Positions 31,927 to 39,982 of a stretch of 58,386 bases of DNA are shown here, one piece after another. This DNA comes from Candidatus Collierbacteria bacterium GW2011_GWB2_45_17 (lineage in GTDB: Bacteria; Patescibacteriota; Microgenomatia; UBA1400; MFAQ01): NCBI GenBank assembly GCA_001001485.1, contig LCKO01000010.1, positions 1 through 58,386 of the forward strand, written 5' to 3'. The notes under the pieces were generated by a model. The model was not told the DNA's origin, ran no database searches, and worked only from the letters and a program-made list of their open reading frames with translations. The translations under genes and the position numbers were made by a program. Numbering within the stretch: position 1 is the stretch's first letter; each line of letters begins with the position of its first letter.

Positions 31927-32520
31927 TTGTTTCGAAATAAAAAGGAAAATATTCGTGGATACTATACTGACCCCCGATCGATGGAGTTGGATCGCGATGA
32001 GGTATCTCTTGATTTTTATGGGCAAGTGCCTCAAGAGGTGTCCTTTCAACTTAGCGATGCAGGTAACTTTAAAGTTTACCGATCAAGTCATGTAAAGCCG
32101 GACTATTACTCGGCTAAAATCTTTAGCGACGTTCAGGAGGTTAGCCGAAGCCCCGAGGGTAACTTCGTCTGGCCAAAAGAGTCTTTAGAGCCGCTAAAAG
32201 TCGAAGGGAAAAAGCTTTATTCCACGGTCTATGTGATAAGAACCAGTGACGGAGAAAAAAATAAGGAGTTGTATTTTCCAGTGTCTCTATTTAATATTCC
32301 GGCAATTTTTGGAGTAAAAAAGGCTAATTATAAAATCGAGTTTACCGGTTACGAGCCAGACAGCGCCTATGCCTACACACAGGTGATGGAGTATGTTGAA
32401 GCAAGTGAGATGCCGGTATTTATGGCTAAGAAGAGTCAGACCGGTGAGCCTATTTATGCCTTAATGGCTATTCCTGGTACGCAAGAGTGGGCAGTTTGGT
32501 CCTTGGTTCGGGATCTTTAA
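31927..32520 (+). CDS. hypothetical protein, possibly the frameshifted continuation of 31103..31906
   Basis: 197 aa from a TTG start with no RBS. Its frame stays open upstream to at least 31801, overlapping the end of the previous ORF. Confidence 0.45.
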   Translation: MFRNKKENIRGYYTDPRSMELDRDEVSLDFYGQVPQEVSFQLSDAGNFKVYRSSHVKPDYYSAKIFSDVQEVSRSPEGNFVWPKESLEPLKVEGKKLYSTVYVIRTSDGEKNKELYFPVSLFNIPAIFGVKKANYKIEFTGYEPDSAYAYTQVMEYVEASEMPVFMAKKSQTGEPIYALMAIPGTQEWAVWSLVRDL

Positions 32521-32606
32521 GGAGAGTCCTCGTAGGTAAAGTGTGGTATATTATAGGAGTTCTAAAGTAACTTAAAAAATGTCCACTACCCACTAAGGAG
32601 CCTGAA

Positions 32607-33008
32607 ATGAACAAAAAAATTGTTTTTGTTATTGTTTTGGTTATGATTTCTATCTTGGTTTTTGTAGACGATTTCAACCTGGAAGCGGTAAAAGTTGAGA
32701 GTTATGGCCTAACTCCTGTTTTGATCGCTCCAACTCTTCGAATTACAGGCACCAATCCGACAGATGTTCCTTATCTTAAGACCTACTCTTCTGATTCTGC
32801 AGTGATTGAAAATAACGAACACATAAGTTGTGATGGTTGGGCAACCTGTTATGAAGGAGAGATCTGTGTTCACGATCCAGAAGTTCTTTGGGCTGACGGC
32901 CTAGGAAAGGGCAATTGGGTCTGTCGAGATAAAAAAACTTATCCTTACGATCTAGTGCTTTGTCCCCATGATCCATTGCAGATGTGTGCTGTGGAAAAAA
33001 GAAAGTAG
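32607..33008 (+). CDS. hypothetical Cys-rich secreted protein
   Basis: 133 aa, N-terminal TM/signal segment, 8 Cys in the C-terminal half, RBS AAGGAG. Confidence 0.6.
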   Translation: MNKKIVFVIVLVMISILVFVDDFNLEAVKVESYGLTPVLIAPTLRITGTNPTDVPYLKTYSSDSAVIENNEHISCDGWATCYEGEICVHDPEVLWADGLGKGNWVCRDKKTYPYDLVLCPHDPLQMCAVEKRK

Positions 33009-33019
33009 TTTTGATATTT

Positions 33020-33048
33020 GCCGCTCTGTTTACAGAGCGGCGTTTTCA
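33020..33048 (+). terminator. rho-independent terminator
   Basis: GCCGCTCTG-TTTA-CAGAGCGGC followed by GTTTTC. Confidence 0.65.
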
Positions 33049-33163
33049 TTAGATAAGATGGTTTAGATCTAAAAGGAAGTGTCATGGAGAAAGAAGACAC
33101 TTAACTGGGACAACAACAAGCGACAAGTTGATATCAGATGGAGTATGGTTTAGACTGAAATAG

Positions 33164-33691
33164 ATGAAAATACGGGTGGTTGTATTATCTGGATTGATAT
33201 TGATTGTTTTTTTTGTATTATTTGGATATCTCAGTTTTGCTTATTATGTAAAGGCAACAAGCTATATTTATTCTTTGAGTTATGCTGAACGAAATGACTC
33301 TCTTATTCGCTTATATGACGACTTCAGTCTTGGGAAATTGGGAGGTATTTTGGTATATATTTCAGATGGAAGTAAACCTGGCATTTGGTTTTGGTATAAA
33401 AACAGACTGAAGTTTGTCTCCGTCGACCACCAATCTGTCTTTTCGGTTTATAAGGGTTGTGATCTTGAGGTGTTTAATATGATGAATAATGGTGGTGATC
33501 GAACAATGCCGAGAAGGATATACACGTCTTTATCTGATCTTAAAAAAGAATTTGTTAAGAGTGGGGAGTTGGTAACTATTTTGTTGGCAAAAAACGTTGA
33601 TGGCAATAGGGTGAATGTAGTTCGTGAATTGTGGATGCAGGACTGGTGGAGTTTTAAGAATGGAGACATGAAAATACAATGCAAAAAATAA
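33164..33691 (+). CDS. hypothetical membrane-anchored protein
   Basis: 175 aa, N-terminal TM helix. Confidence 0.55.
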   Translation: MKIRVVVLSGLILIVFFVLFGYLSFAYYVKATSYIYSLSYAERNDSLIRLYDDFSLGKLGGILVYISDGSKPGIWFWYKNRLKFVSVDHQSVFSVYKGCDLEVFNMMNNGGDRTMPRRIYTSLSDLKKEFVKSGELVTILLAKNVDGNRVNVVRELWMQDWWSFKNGDMKIQCKK

Positions 33692-35790
33692 TTATCACTT
33701 TCTTATTGTTTTTTTTGTTATTTTTTTTATTTATACGAGTTGTTAGAGCCTATCAGTGTGCAAATTGGATATGTAATGATTGGCCAAGTTATTCATGTTG
33801 GTGTGAGGATGAAGGGACGGTTGAGTGTGGTCCTGGATATTATGCGTGTAACAACAATGAGAATTGTTGCGAGGTTGGGCCGGTGGAGTGTCCATGTGGC
33901 ACAAAGCCAAGTGGGGCTTGTGAATCGTGTTGTGTACCGGAGGCAACCACTTGCGATGCTTGTTCGGTAAGCTGTGGCGGCGGGACTCAGCACTGTACAG
34001 ATGGCTGTAGTGGCTGGGATGAGGCTTGTAATACGCAGTCGTGTTGCACTAACACTGCTCCCAACGCGGCAACTTTGTCATCTCCGGCAAACGGAACACA
34101 GATTTTAAAGGGAGTCGCGACAGCATTGGACTGGTCCGATGTGACCGCATGGGGGACGAACTGCGCCGGAAATAATAATAAATATGAAGTGTGTATCAGT
34201 AGTAATCAGACGTCTTGTAACTTGGCTAATTATGTATCTACCGGATTAACTTCCCAGTATTCTTGGACTCCTGCGAAGGCCGATAACTACGTCACCTGGT
34301 CGGTGAGATCCAATAATGGAGCGTTGACTACCAGCTCGGTGACGCGCGACCTTTGTGTAGAAGCGACGGCTCCAACTGTTTCAGCTTGGGATGCGTGGTC
34401 TGCTGTTTGTGGTAGCGCTACACGAACTAGGACTTGTAGTGAAACCTGTGGTACAGATGATTGTCCGGCTTACTTTGCAAATCCGGCGAACTGTCCCGTA
34501 GCCGGTGCATGCTCAACAGTAGGTAATACTCAGACGCAAACAAGGTGTACTCACTGTGCTCCTACGCTAACTACATGGGGGGCTTGCGATGCAAATCATA
34601 GAAGAACCAGAAATTGTACAGAAAATGATGGACTCTGTGATGGCAATGATTGTGCCTTAGAGGTAACGAATGAGAATTGTGTGGGGACAATTACGGGATC
34701 GCTTTTTGATGCGTCTGACTACACAAGCTGTGGTGGTATCGCGATGGGAGATAAATATAAAAATCAAACATTTAACATCACGGGAACCTGGCCGGTAATA
34801 TCGGCACCGGTAAACACGGACTCTGTTGGTAATTATTCTGAGTCTGTTTATGCTTCCACAGTCAATCCGCTTTATACCTACAACTATTCTGATCTAATTA
34901 ACTCCGGATTGGCCGCGGGGGTAAAGTTTCAGTGTCAATCTGCTTCGGTGACGGTAACCGACCAAGCTCAGACTGTGACGAAGGATACCGGTTTCTGGAG
35001 GGTGTATGGCGGGTGGTGGCAGGCGGTGGGAGGTAATGTCTATGGAGATGACGGCATCAAGAGCGAGATCCCGTCGAGTCTGGCGATTCTGATTCCTCCG
35101 GCCGAGATGTCCCTGATCTTGCCTACGGCGGGAAATCGGAGAGGACTCCTGAGCTATGGCGTGACTCGTCCGGCCAATATGCTGGGAACCAACCCGAACG
35201 CGAAGGTCAGTACCAGTCTGTGGGAAAAAGAAAGTAAGTATGGCGGACAGGTTTATGATTGGGATTTTTTTGATAAACGATTTAATCTGTTTGCCAAAAC
35301 CACCTGGAGTGATGGACAGGCGATAAACTATGATGACTTAGGGATAGGCTACCAGATATTTAAGAGTGCGGGACCGATCTTTGCTTTTGACTTTAGCCCG
35401 ACAGGGACACAAAAGGCGATTTTCCACGTCAACGGCGATCTGCGAGTGACCGGCAATATTACAGTACCTAGCGGGGCGTTTCTCACGGTAATAGCTAAAG
35501 GGACCATCACTTTTGACCAGGCCGTAACCCAGGCCGATGGCTGGTACGTGGCCAAAAATATTTCGGTACCGTGTAAAGACATCGACGGTAACGGCTGTGA
35601 CAAGACCGACAGCCAGTTTTTGGGGAACGGAACCTTTGTCGGCTGGAGTGGCATAGCTTTGGGCAGAACCAGAGGCATTACCAACAACACTGCTCCCTCA
35701 GAGAAGTTTACCTACCGACAAGATCTTTTCCTGAACGCGCCGAAACCGATGAGAATGTACACCAAGTACTACAAACCGTTTGTGCCGTAA
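33679..35790 (+). CDS. large Cys-rich secreted protein with thrombospondin type-1-like repeats
   Basis: 703 aa, signal peptide. Motifs CSVSCGGGTQHC, WDAWSAVCGSATRTRTC and WGACDANHRRTRNC resemble TSP1 (W..W..C..CG.G...R.R.C). Confidence 0.65.
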   Translation: MQKIIITFLLFFLLFFLFIRVVRAYQCANWICNDWPSYSCWCEDEGTVECGPGYYACNNNENCCEVGPVECPCGTKPSGACESCCVPEATTCDACSVSCGGGTQHCTDGCSGWDEACNTQSCCTNTAPNAATLSSPANGTQILKGVATALDWSDVTAWGTNCAGNNNKYEVCISSNQTSCNLANYVSTGLTSQYSWTPAKADNYVTWSVRSNNGALTTSSVTRDLCVEATAPTVSAWDAWSAVCGSATRTRTCSETCGTDDCPAYFANPANCPVAGACSTVGNTQTQTRCTHCAPTLTTWGACDANHRRTRNCTENDGLCDGNDCALEVTNENCVGTITGSLFDASDYTSCGGIAMGDKYKNQTFNITGTWPVISAPVNTDSVGNYSESVYASTVNPLYTYNYSDLINSGLAAGVKFQCQSASVTVTDQAQTVTKDTGFWRVYGGWWQAVGGNVYGDDGIKSEIPSSLAILIPPAEMSLILPTAGNRRGLLSYGVTRPANMLGTNPNAKVSTSLWEKESKYGGQVYDWDFFDKRFNLFAKTTWSDGQAINYDDLGIGYQIFKSAGPIFAFDFSPTGTQKAIFHVNGDLRVTGNITVPSGAFLTVIAKGTITFDQAVTQADGWYVAKNISVPCKDIDGNGCDKTDSQFLGNGTFVGWSGIALGRTRGITNNTAPSEKFTYRQDLFLNAPKPMRMYTKYYKPFVP

Positions 35791-35791
35791 A
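35767..35791 (+). repeat. direct repeat 1 bracketing the AbrB/VapC cassette
   Basis: TACTACAAACCGTTTGTGCCGTAAA (encodes YYKPFVP*) versus 36520-36544 TTCTACCGGCCGTTTGTACCGTAAA (FYRPFVP*). Confidence 0.6.
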
Positions 35792-35833
35792 GTAAGGAGT
35801 TGACAAAATCAGATTTTCTGATAATATGAAAGT

Positions 35834-36091
35834 ATGCAAGTAACCAGTATCATTAGAAATAGAGGTCAACTGACGATTCCTGATTCGATTAGGAAGTTTG
35901 TTGGTTGGGCTGATACGATGTCGGCAGTGACGATCATGGTTAATAAGCAAGATGAAATACTTATTCGCCCTCAGGTAAGGGCAATGGATAAGGACAAATT
36001 GTGGAGAAGGATAAATGAAGTAAGAAATCTGAACGCAGGGGAAGCCTTTGATGTAGTGAAGTTTTTGGAAAGAGACAGACAATCTCATTAA
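35834..36091 (+). CDS. AbrB/MazE/SpoVT-family antitoxin
   Basis: 85 aa. IRNRGQLTIPDSIRKFVGW is the SpoVT-AbrB swapped-hairpin motif. Confidence 0.75.
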   Translation: MQVTSIIRNRGQLTIPDSIRKFVGWADTMSAVTIMVNKQDEILIRPQVRAMDKDKLWRRINEVRNLNAGEAFDVVKFLERDRQSH

Positions 36092-36093
36092 AA

Positions 36094-36543
36094 ATGACAA
36101 ATTTGGTAATAGACACATCAATCTTGGTGAAATGGTTAAACAAGGTGGGGGAGGAAGATCTTGGCTTGGCGGACGATTTGCTTTCTAGATGTATGTCTAG
36201 GGAGTTTGAGATCTTGGTTCCAGAATTAGCAAAATATGAGTGTGGAAACGCCCTGTTAAAAGGTAAAAAGCTTGATCTGGTTATAGGGTTTAAAACATTA
36301 AGGTTGTTCTATTCACTACCAATTGTTTTCGTGACTGAAACAGAAGATTTAGCCGTGGAAACTTTTCGAATCGCCAAAGAATGGGGAATGACGTACTATG
36401 ATGCGTCATTTTTGGCTTTGGCACAAAAATACCAGGCGATTTTGGTAACCCAAAACGTAAAACACCAAAAAAGACCGAATGAAATTGAGGTATTGAGTGT
36501 GAAGGAGTTTGGAATCAGATTCTACCGGCCGTTTGTACCGTAA
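36094..36543 (+). CDS. vapC: PIN-domain toxin (VapC family)
   Basis: 149 aa. N-terminal LVIDTSILVKW (first acidic residue), later acidic residues (E at LVPELAKYE, D at TYYDASFLALA). 2-nt gap after the antitoxin. Confidence 0.75.
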   Translation: MTNLVIDTSILVKWLNKVGEEDLGLADDLLSRCMSREFEILVPELAKYECGNALLKGKKLDLVIGFKTLRLFYSLPIVFVTETEDLAVETFRIAKEWGMTYYDASFLALAQKYQAILVTQNVKHQKRPNEIEVLSVKEFGIRFYRPFVP

Positions 36544-36544
36544 A
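36520..36544 (+). repeat. direct repeat 2 bracketing the AbrB/VapC cassette
   Basis: See 35767-35791; about 20/25 identical. Confidence 0.6.
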
Positions 36545-36666
36545 CTAGATCTCAGATGACAGATTGTAGATTGGGGGGTGTTGTGGGTGTTTTGAGTGAT
36601 AGTAGTGACCCAAGAAACTATTGGAAAGTTCTAAATAAAAACCCCGAGATGAATCGGGGTGGTAAA

Positions 36667-37395
36667 TCAGGGGAGGATGAGGACGGGGGTGCCGACTTCG
36701 GCCCAGTGGTAGAGCCAGTCGGCATCGGGGGTGTACATATTGATACAGCCGTGGGACATGGGAGTACCAAAATTAGAGTGCCAGTACGTGCCGTGAAAGC
36801 CGTAACCCTTGAAAAAGTACATGGTCCAAGGAACATCGGTCAGATCGTAACCAGGTCCGGTCATGCGGGTGGATTCCAATTTTATATAGATGGCGTAGCT
36901 GCCGGTGACAGTAGGGAAGGCGGCGACGCCGGTGGAAACGATAAACTCTTTGAGGAGAAGGCCGTCTTCGTAGACATAAGTTTTTTGTTCAGAAAGAATG
37001 ACGAGGATTTGCTTGCCTTCCAAAACTGTGGCCTTCGGTATAGTAATAGGGATACTAGCGATAAGAAGCTGTTGTCCGGCATAGATAAGGTTGATGTTGG
37101 TAAGGTGATTGGCTCGCGCCAGTCCATACAGGTCTAAGCCGAACCGTTTGGCTATCTCGGCCAAGGTATCACCCGATTCGACGGTGTAATACTCGGGGGT
37201 GGCCGGGGTGGGGGTGGCGGTAGGTTCGAGGACAACCGGAGTGGCAGTTGAAGGAACGGCCGGCTGGGTTTGTAGAATTTTAATTTCCCTTGTTGGTGAA
37301 GCGGCGGCTGTTGGAGAGATGTCATTCGAGAAGTCACAGGCGGAGATAAAAATGACTAGAAGTAGAAGCGTAAAAAGAGTTTGACGATGGGACAT
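36667..37395 (-). CDS. L,D-transpeptidase (YkuD) with LysM domain, lipoprotein
   Basis: 242 aa. Lipobox FISAC, LysM YTVESGDTLAEIAKRFG, YkuD active site FHGTYWHSNFGTPMSHGCINM. Confidence 0.85.
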   Translation of the reverse strand: MSHRQTLFTLLLLVIFISACDFSNDISPTAAASPTREIKILQTQPAVPSTATPVVLEPTATPTPATPEYYTVESGDTLAEIAKRFGLDLYGLARANHLTNINLIYAGQQLLIASIPITIPKATVLEGKQILVILSEQKTYVYEDGLLLKEFIVSTGVAAFPTVTGSYAIYIKLESTRMTGPGYDLTDVPWTMYFFKGYGFHGTYWHSNFGTPMSHGCINMYTPDADWLYHWAEVGTPVLILP

Positions 37396-37461
37396 AGGGC
37401 CTCCATAAATTTAAAGAACTTAGATGGGATATTTTACCCTAATTCGAACCAAACTCCTACG

Positions 37462-38157
37462 TCAATTGATTCTGTTGGCATAAACGAAGAAGCGAACGGG
37501 GGAGTTCCAGAGTTGGCAGGTGTAGAGGATCAGGTTCGCGCTATAGTCGGTGATCCGGGTGCCTGTTTCGGTTGAGTAGATTTTGTATTCGAATTGGCGC
37601 TGTTCCCAGATGATTTTGATAGTGTCACCGACTTTGAGCCGAGGCAGATTGTAAAAAGAATTTAGCTTACGGAAGGCAGGAGTCCATTCCAGATAACCCC
37701 AGCGATGAGCGGCGAGGATGATGGGACGTCCACAGTTCTCAGGTGACAGTTGACAGTTGTCAGATGGGGAACTGAAGTTGGGGACACGCCAGATGCCTTG
37801 TTTGAGAACTGTTTGGACGTCTTCGCTCTCGTGAATTTCGCCTCGGACACCGATCTCGTCGATAATCAGGCCGTTCTCGGCCGGAAGGGAGGGGTCGACG
37901 GAGGGGAGGGTGTTAGAAACATTCGGAAGGGATGGATCCCGGATTAAGTCCGGGATGACAGAAGGGGTTGGAGACGATGGACGAGTTAGCGATTCTTGAG
38001 CCTGGATGGCGGTTGAGGCGATGGTGGAGGCAAGCAGGCTTGAAGTTTGGGGGGAAAGACGGTAGTAGAGGTGAGGCCAGGAGGGGAGCAGGGCAAAAAT
38101 AGCTGTGAGAGTCCAAAAGGTGACGCCGAGGGTGGCAAATGTTTTAGATTTCTTCAT
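37462..38157 (-). CDS. sortase family transpeptidase
   Basis: ORF track 37462..38286, but the upstream part is repeat DNA; ATG 38157 gives MKKSKTFATLGVTFWTL (TM anchor). Catalytic His (ILAAHRWGY), Cys (LILYTCQ) and Arg (VRFFVYANR). Confidence 0.75.
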   Translation of the reverse strand: MKKSKTFATLGVTFWTLTAIFALLPSWPHLYYRLSPQTSSLLASTIASTAIQAQESLTRPSSPTPSVIPDLIRDPSLPNVSNTLPSVDPSLPAENGLIIDEIGVRGEIHESEDVQTVLKQGIWRVPNFSSPSDNCQLSPENCGRPIILAAHRWGYLEWTPAFRKLNSFYNLPRLKVGDTIKIIWEQRQFEYKIYSTETGTRITDYSANLILYTCQLWNSPVRFFVYANRIN

Positions 38158-38181
38158 ATTTATCATTTTACATTTATTTCT

Positions 38182-38218
38182 GGATTGCCACACCCGCCAC
38201 GGCGGGTTCGCAATGACG
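38182..38218 (+). repeat. E-type hairpin element
   Basis: GGATTGCCACACCCGCCACGGCGGGTTCGCAATGACG. Confidence 0.75.
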
Positions 38219-38225
38219 GAGATTA

Positions 38226-38248
38226 CCTGCAAGGCCAGGCCTTGCAGG
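38226..38248. repeat. REP-A variant copy
   Basis: CCTGCAAGGCCAGGCCTTGCAGG: a G-to-A change in the left arm is matched by C-to-T in the right arm, so the palindrome is preserved. Confidence 0.9.
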
Positions 38249-38299
38249 TGAGATGGTGGTTGATGGATTGATATTATTAGATGCACCTATAGTCTGTGC

Positions 38300-38329
38300 T
38301 TGACAAAGGGTAGGCTCGCGTGCTATACT
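38300..38329 (+). promoter_or_regulatory. distal sigma70-like promoter upstream of rho
   Basis: TTGACA 38300-38305, 18-nt spacer, TATACT 38324-38329. Confidence 0.5.
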
Positions 38330-38464
38330 ACCCATTAGTTTGATATAGTTTGAGTTAATCAAAGGTGAAATGGGTTTGGTTTGCAGTGCCACCTTAAAAA
38401 CGGCGCTGCGGCTAAAGCCTTACGCGTTTCACCCTTAATTGACTTAAGTGATTCCCCAAACCAG

Positions 38465-38492
38465 TTGACAGAGACGTGCTAGCGTGTAGAAT
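38465..38492 (+). promoter_or_regulatory. proximal sigma70-like promoter upstream of rho
   Basis: TTGACA 38465-38470, 16-nt spacer, TAGAAT 38487-38492. Confidence 0.5.
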
Positions 38493-38560
38493 ATCCTTAG
38501 TACGTGATTAACTTCCTTTTTTCCAGAATTCTCTAATTTATTTAATTACCCATATTTCTT

Positions 38561-39859
38561 ATGGCTACAAAAGCCAAAATAGCTGTTATTAAGTCCATTC
38601 CGGCGGTTGAAGTTTCCGTGCCTAAGCCGTTTGTGGTACCTCCTTCTCAAGCGTTCAGACCGATATTCCAACCCAGATTTGGTACGCGACCCGCGTATGT
38701 CAGAACGCCCCAGGAGCCGGTAATTACCGAAGAAGTGACCGGTATTTTGGAAATGACGAGTGTGGATGGGAGGGGAATTCTGCGCCAAGGCTTCCGACCG
38801 GGTGAAAATGACGTGCTGATTCCTTCGATGGTGAGCCGCCTGGCCAAGCTCCGTGCCGGAGACGTGGTGACCGGATTGGCCCGCAGACCGAAAGAGACCG
38901 AACCATACTGGACGATGGTGCAGGTGACCAAGGTCAACGGCGAGGAACCGGCCAAGATGTTTGATCGGTTTAAATTTGAAAAAGGCATCCCCATCTATCC
39001 CTACGAAAAATTGAAGCTGGAAACTGGTAAAGAGATTCTTTCTACCCGACTGATTGATCTCTGCGCGCCTATCGGCCGGGGACAAAGAGGTATTATCGTA
39101 TCTCCTCCCAAAGCCGGTAAGACAACCATAATAAAAGAAATTGCCAGTGGAATCGCGACGAACTATCCCGAAATTCACATCATGGCCGTGCTGGTGGGAG
39201 AAAGACCTGAAGAGGTGACGGATATTTCCAGACACATTTTGGCCGTAACCAAAGAAAGTGTCATGCCCGGAGAAACAGCGGCCAGTAACTTTGACGAAAA
39301 AGCCGAAGATCAGACTAAAGTGGCCGAGATGGCCTTGGAGCGGGCTAAACGTTTGGTGGAACTGGGCAAAGACGTGGTGATTTTGCTGGACTCGGTTACG
39401 AGGCTAGCCCGTGCCTATAACTTGGCCATCCCGACTTCGGGAAGAACCCTCTCCGGAGGCTTTGATCCGGCGGCTTTGTATCCACCGAAGAAATTTTTTG
39501 GAGCGGCCCGGAAGATTGAGGGCGGGGGAAGCTTGACGATCATCGGGACGGCTTTGACGGACACCGGCAGTCGGATGGATGATCTGGTTTATGAAGAGTT
39601 TAAGGGTACCGGTAACATGGAGCTACACCTGGATCGACGCCTGGCCGAACGGAGAATTTATCCGGCGATCGATGTCATGAGATCAGGCACCAGAAGAGAC
39701 GATCTGCTGTTTGACTCGGTGGAGTACCAAAGTATCGTACTCATGCGCCGGATGCTGGACATGCTGGGGGATAATGAGCGAACGGAAGTGATCTCCGGCC
39801 GGATCGCCCGCACCAAATCGAATAAAGAGTTTTTGGCGACCCTGAAGGATGGGGGGTAA
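38561..39859 (+). CDS. rho: transcription termination factor Rho
   Basis: 432 aa. OB-fold RNA-binding region ([16 protein letters not shown]), Walker [10 protein letters not shown], Walker [18 protein letters not shown]-loop/Q-loop region. Confidence 0.95.
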   Translation: MATKAKIAVIKSIPAVEVSVPKPFVVPPSQAFRPIFQPRFGTRPAYVRTPQEPVITEEVTGILEMTSVDGRGILRQGFRPGENDVLIPSMVSRLAKLRAGDVVTGLARRPKETEPYWTMVQVTKVNGEEPAKMFDRFKFEKGIPIYPYEKLKLETGKEILSTRLIDLCAPIGRGQRGIIVSPPKAGKTTIIKEIASGIATNYPEIHIMAVLVGERPEEVTDISRHILAVTKESVMPGETAASNFDEKAEDQTKVAEMALERAKRLVELGKDVVILLDSVTRLARAYNLAIPTSGRTLSGGFDPAALYPPKKFFGAARKIEGGGSLTIIGTALTDTGSRMDDLVYEEFKGTGNMELHLDRRLAERRIYPAIDVMRSGTRRDDLLFDSVEYQSIVLMRRMLDMLGDNERTEVISGRIARTKSNKEFLATLKDGG

Positions 39860-39870
39860 AATCCCTCCGT

Positions 39871-39903
39871 GTCATCCCGAGCGTAGTCGAGGGATCTCAC
39901 TCC
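39871..39903 (-). repeat. F-type hairpin element (inverted orientation)
   Basis: GTCATCCCGAGCGTAGTCGAGGGATCTCACTCC is the reverse complement of the 7181-type element. Confidence 0.75.
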
Positions 39904-39919
39904 AGCCACAAATTGACAT

Positions 39920-39950
39920 GTGAGATTTCTCCACTTCGGTCGAAATGACG
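39920..39950 (+). repeat. F-like hairpin element
   Basis: GTGAGATTTCTCCACTTCGGTCGAAATGACG. Confidence 0.65.
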
Positions 39951-39982
39951 ATGTACGAGATGTTATTCAACAGTCTCTAAGA

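Noticed and set aside
36556-37137. 193-aa plus-strand ORF
   Set aside because: It is antisense to the L,D-transpeptidase/LysM gene, whose catalytic motif SHGCINM is clear.
37381-37470. GGTTCGAAT-like string (minus strand) suggesting a tRNA T-arm
   Set aside because: The flanking sequence cannot form acceptor, D or anticodon stems. No tRNA-like cloverleaf was found anywhere in the intergenic regions I inspected.
38158-38286. N-terminal 43 codons of ORF 37462..38286
   Set aside because: This part consists of an E element and a REP-A copy (translated HLQGLALQV). The sortase more plausibly starts at ATG 38157 (MKKSKTF plus TM anchor).
38546-39235. 229-aa minus-strand ORF
   Set aside because: It is antisense to rho.
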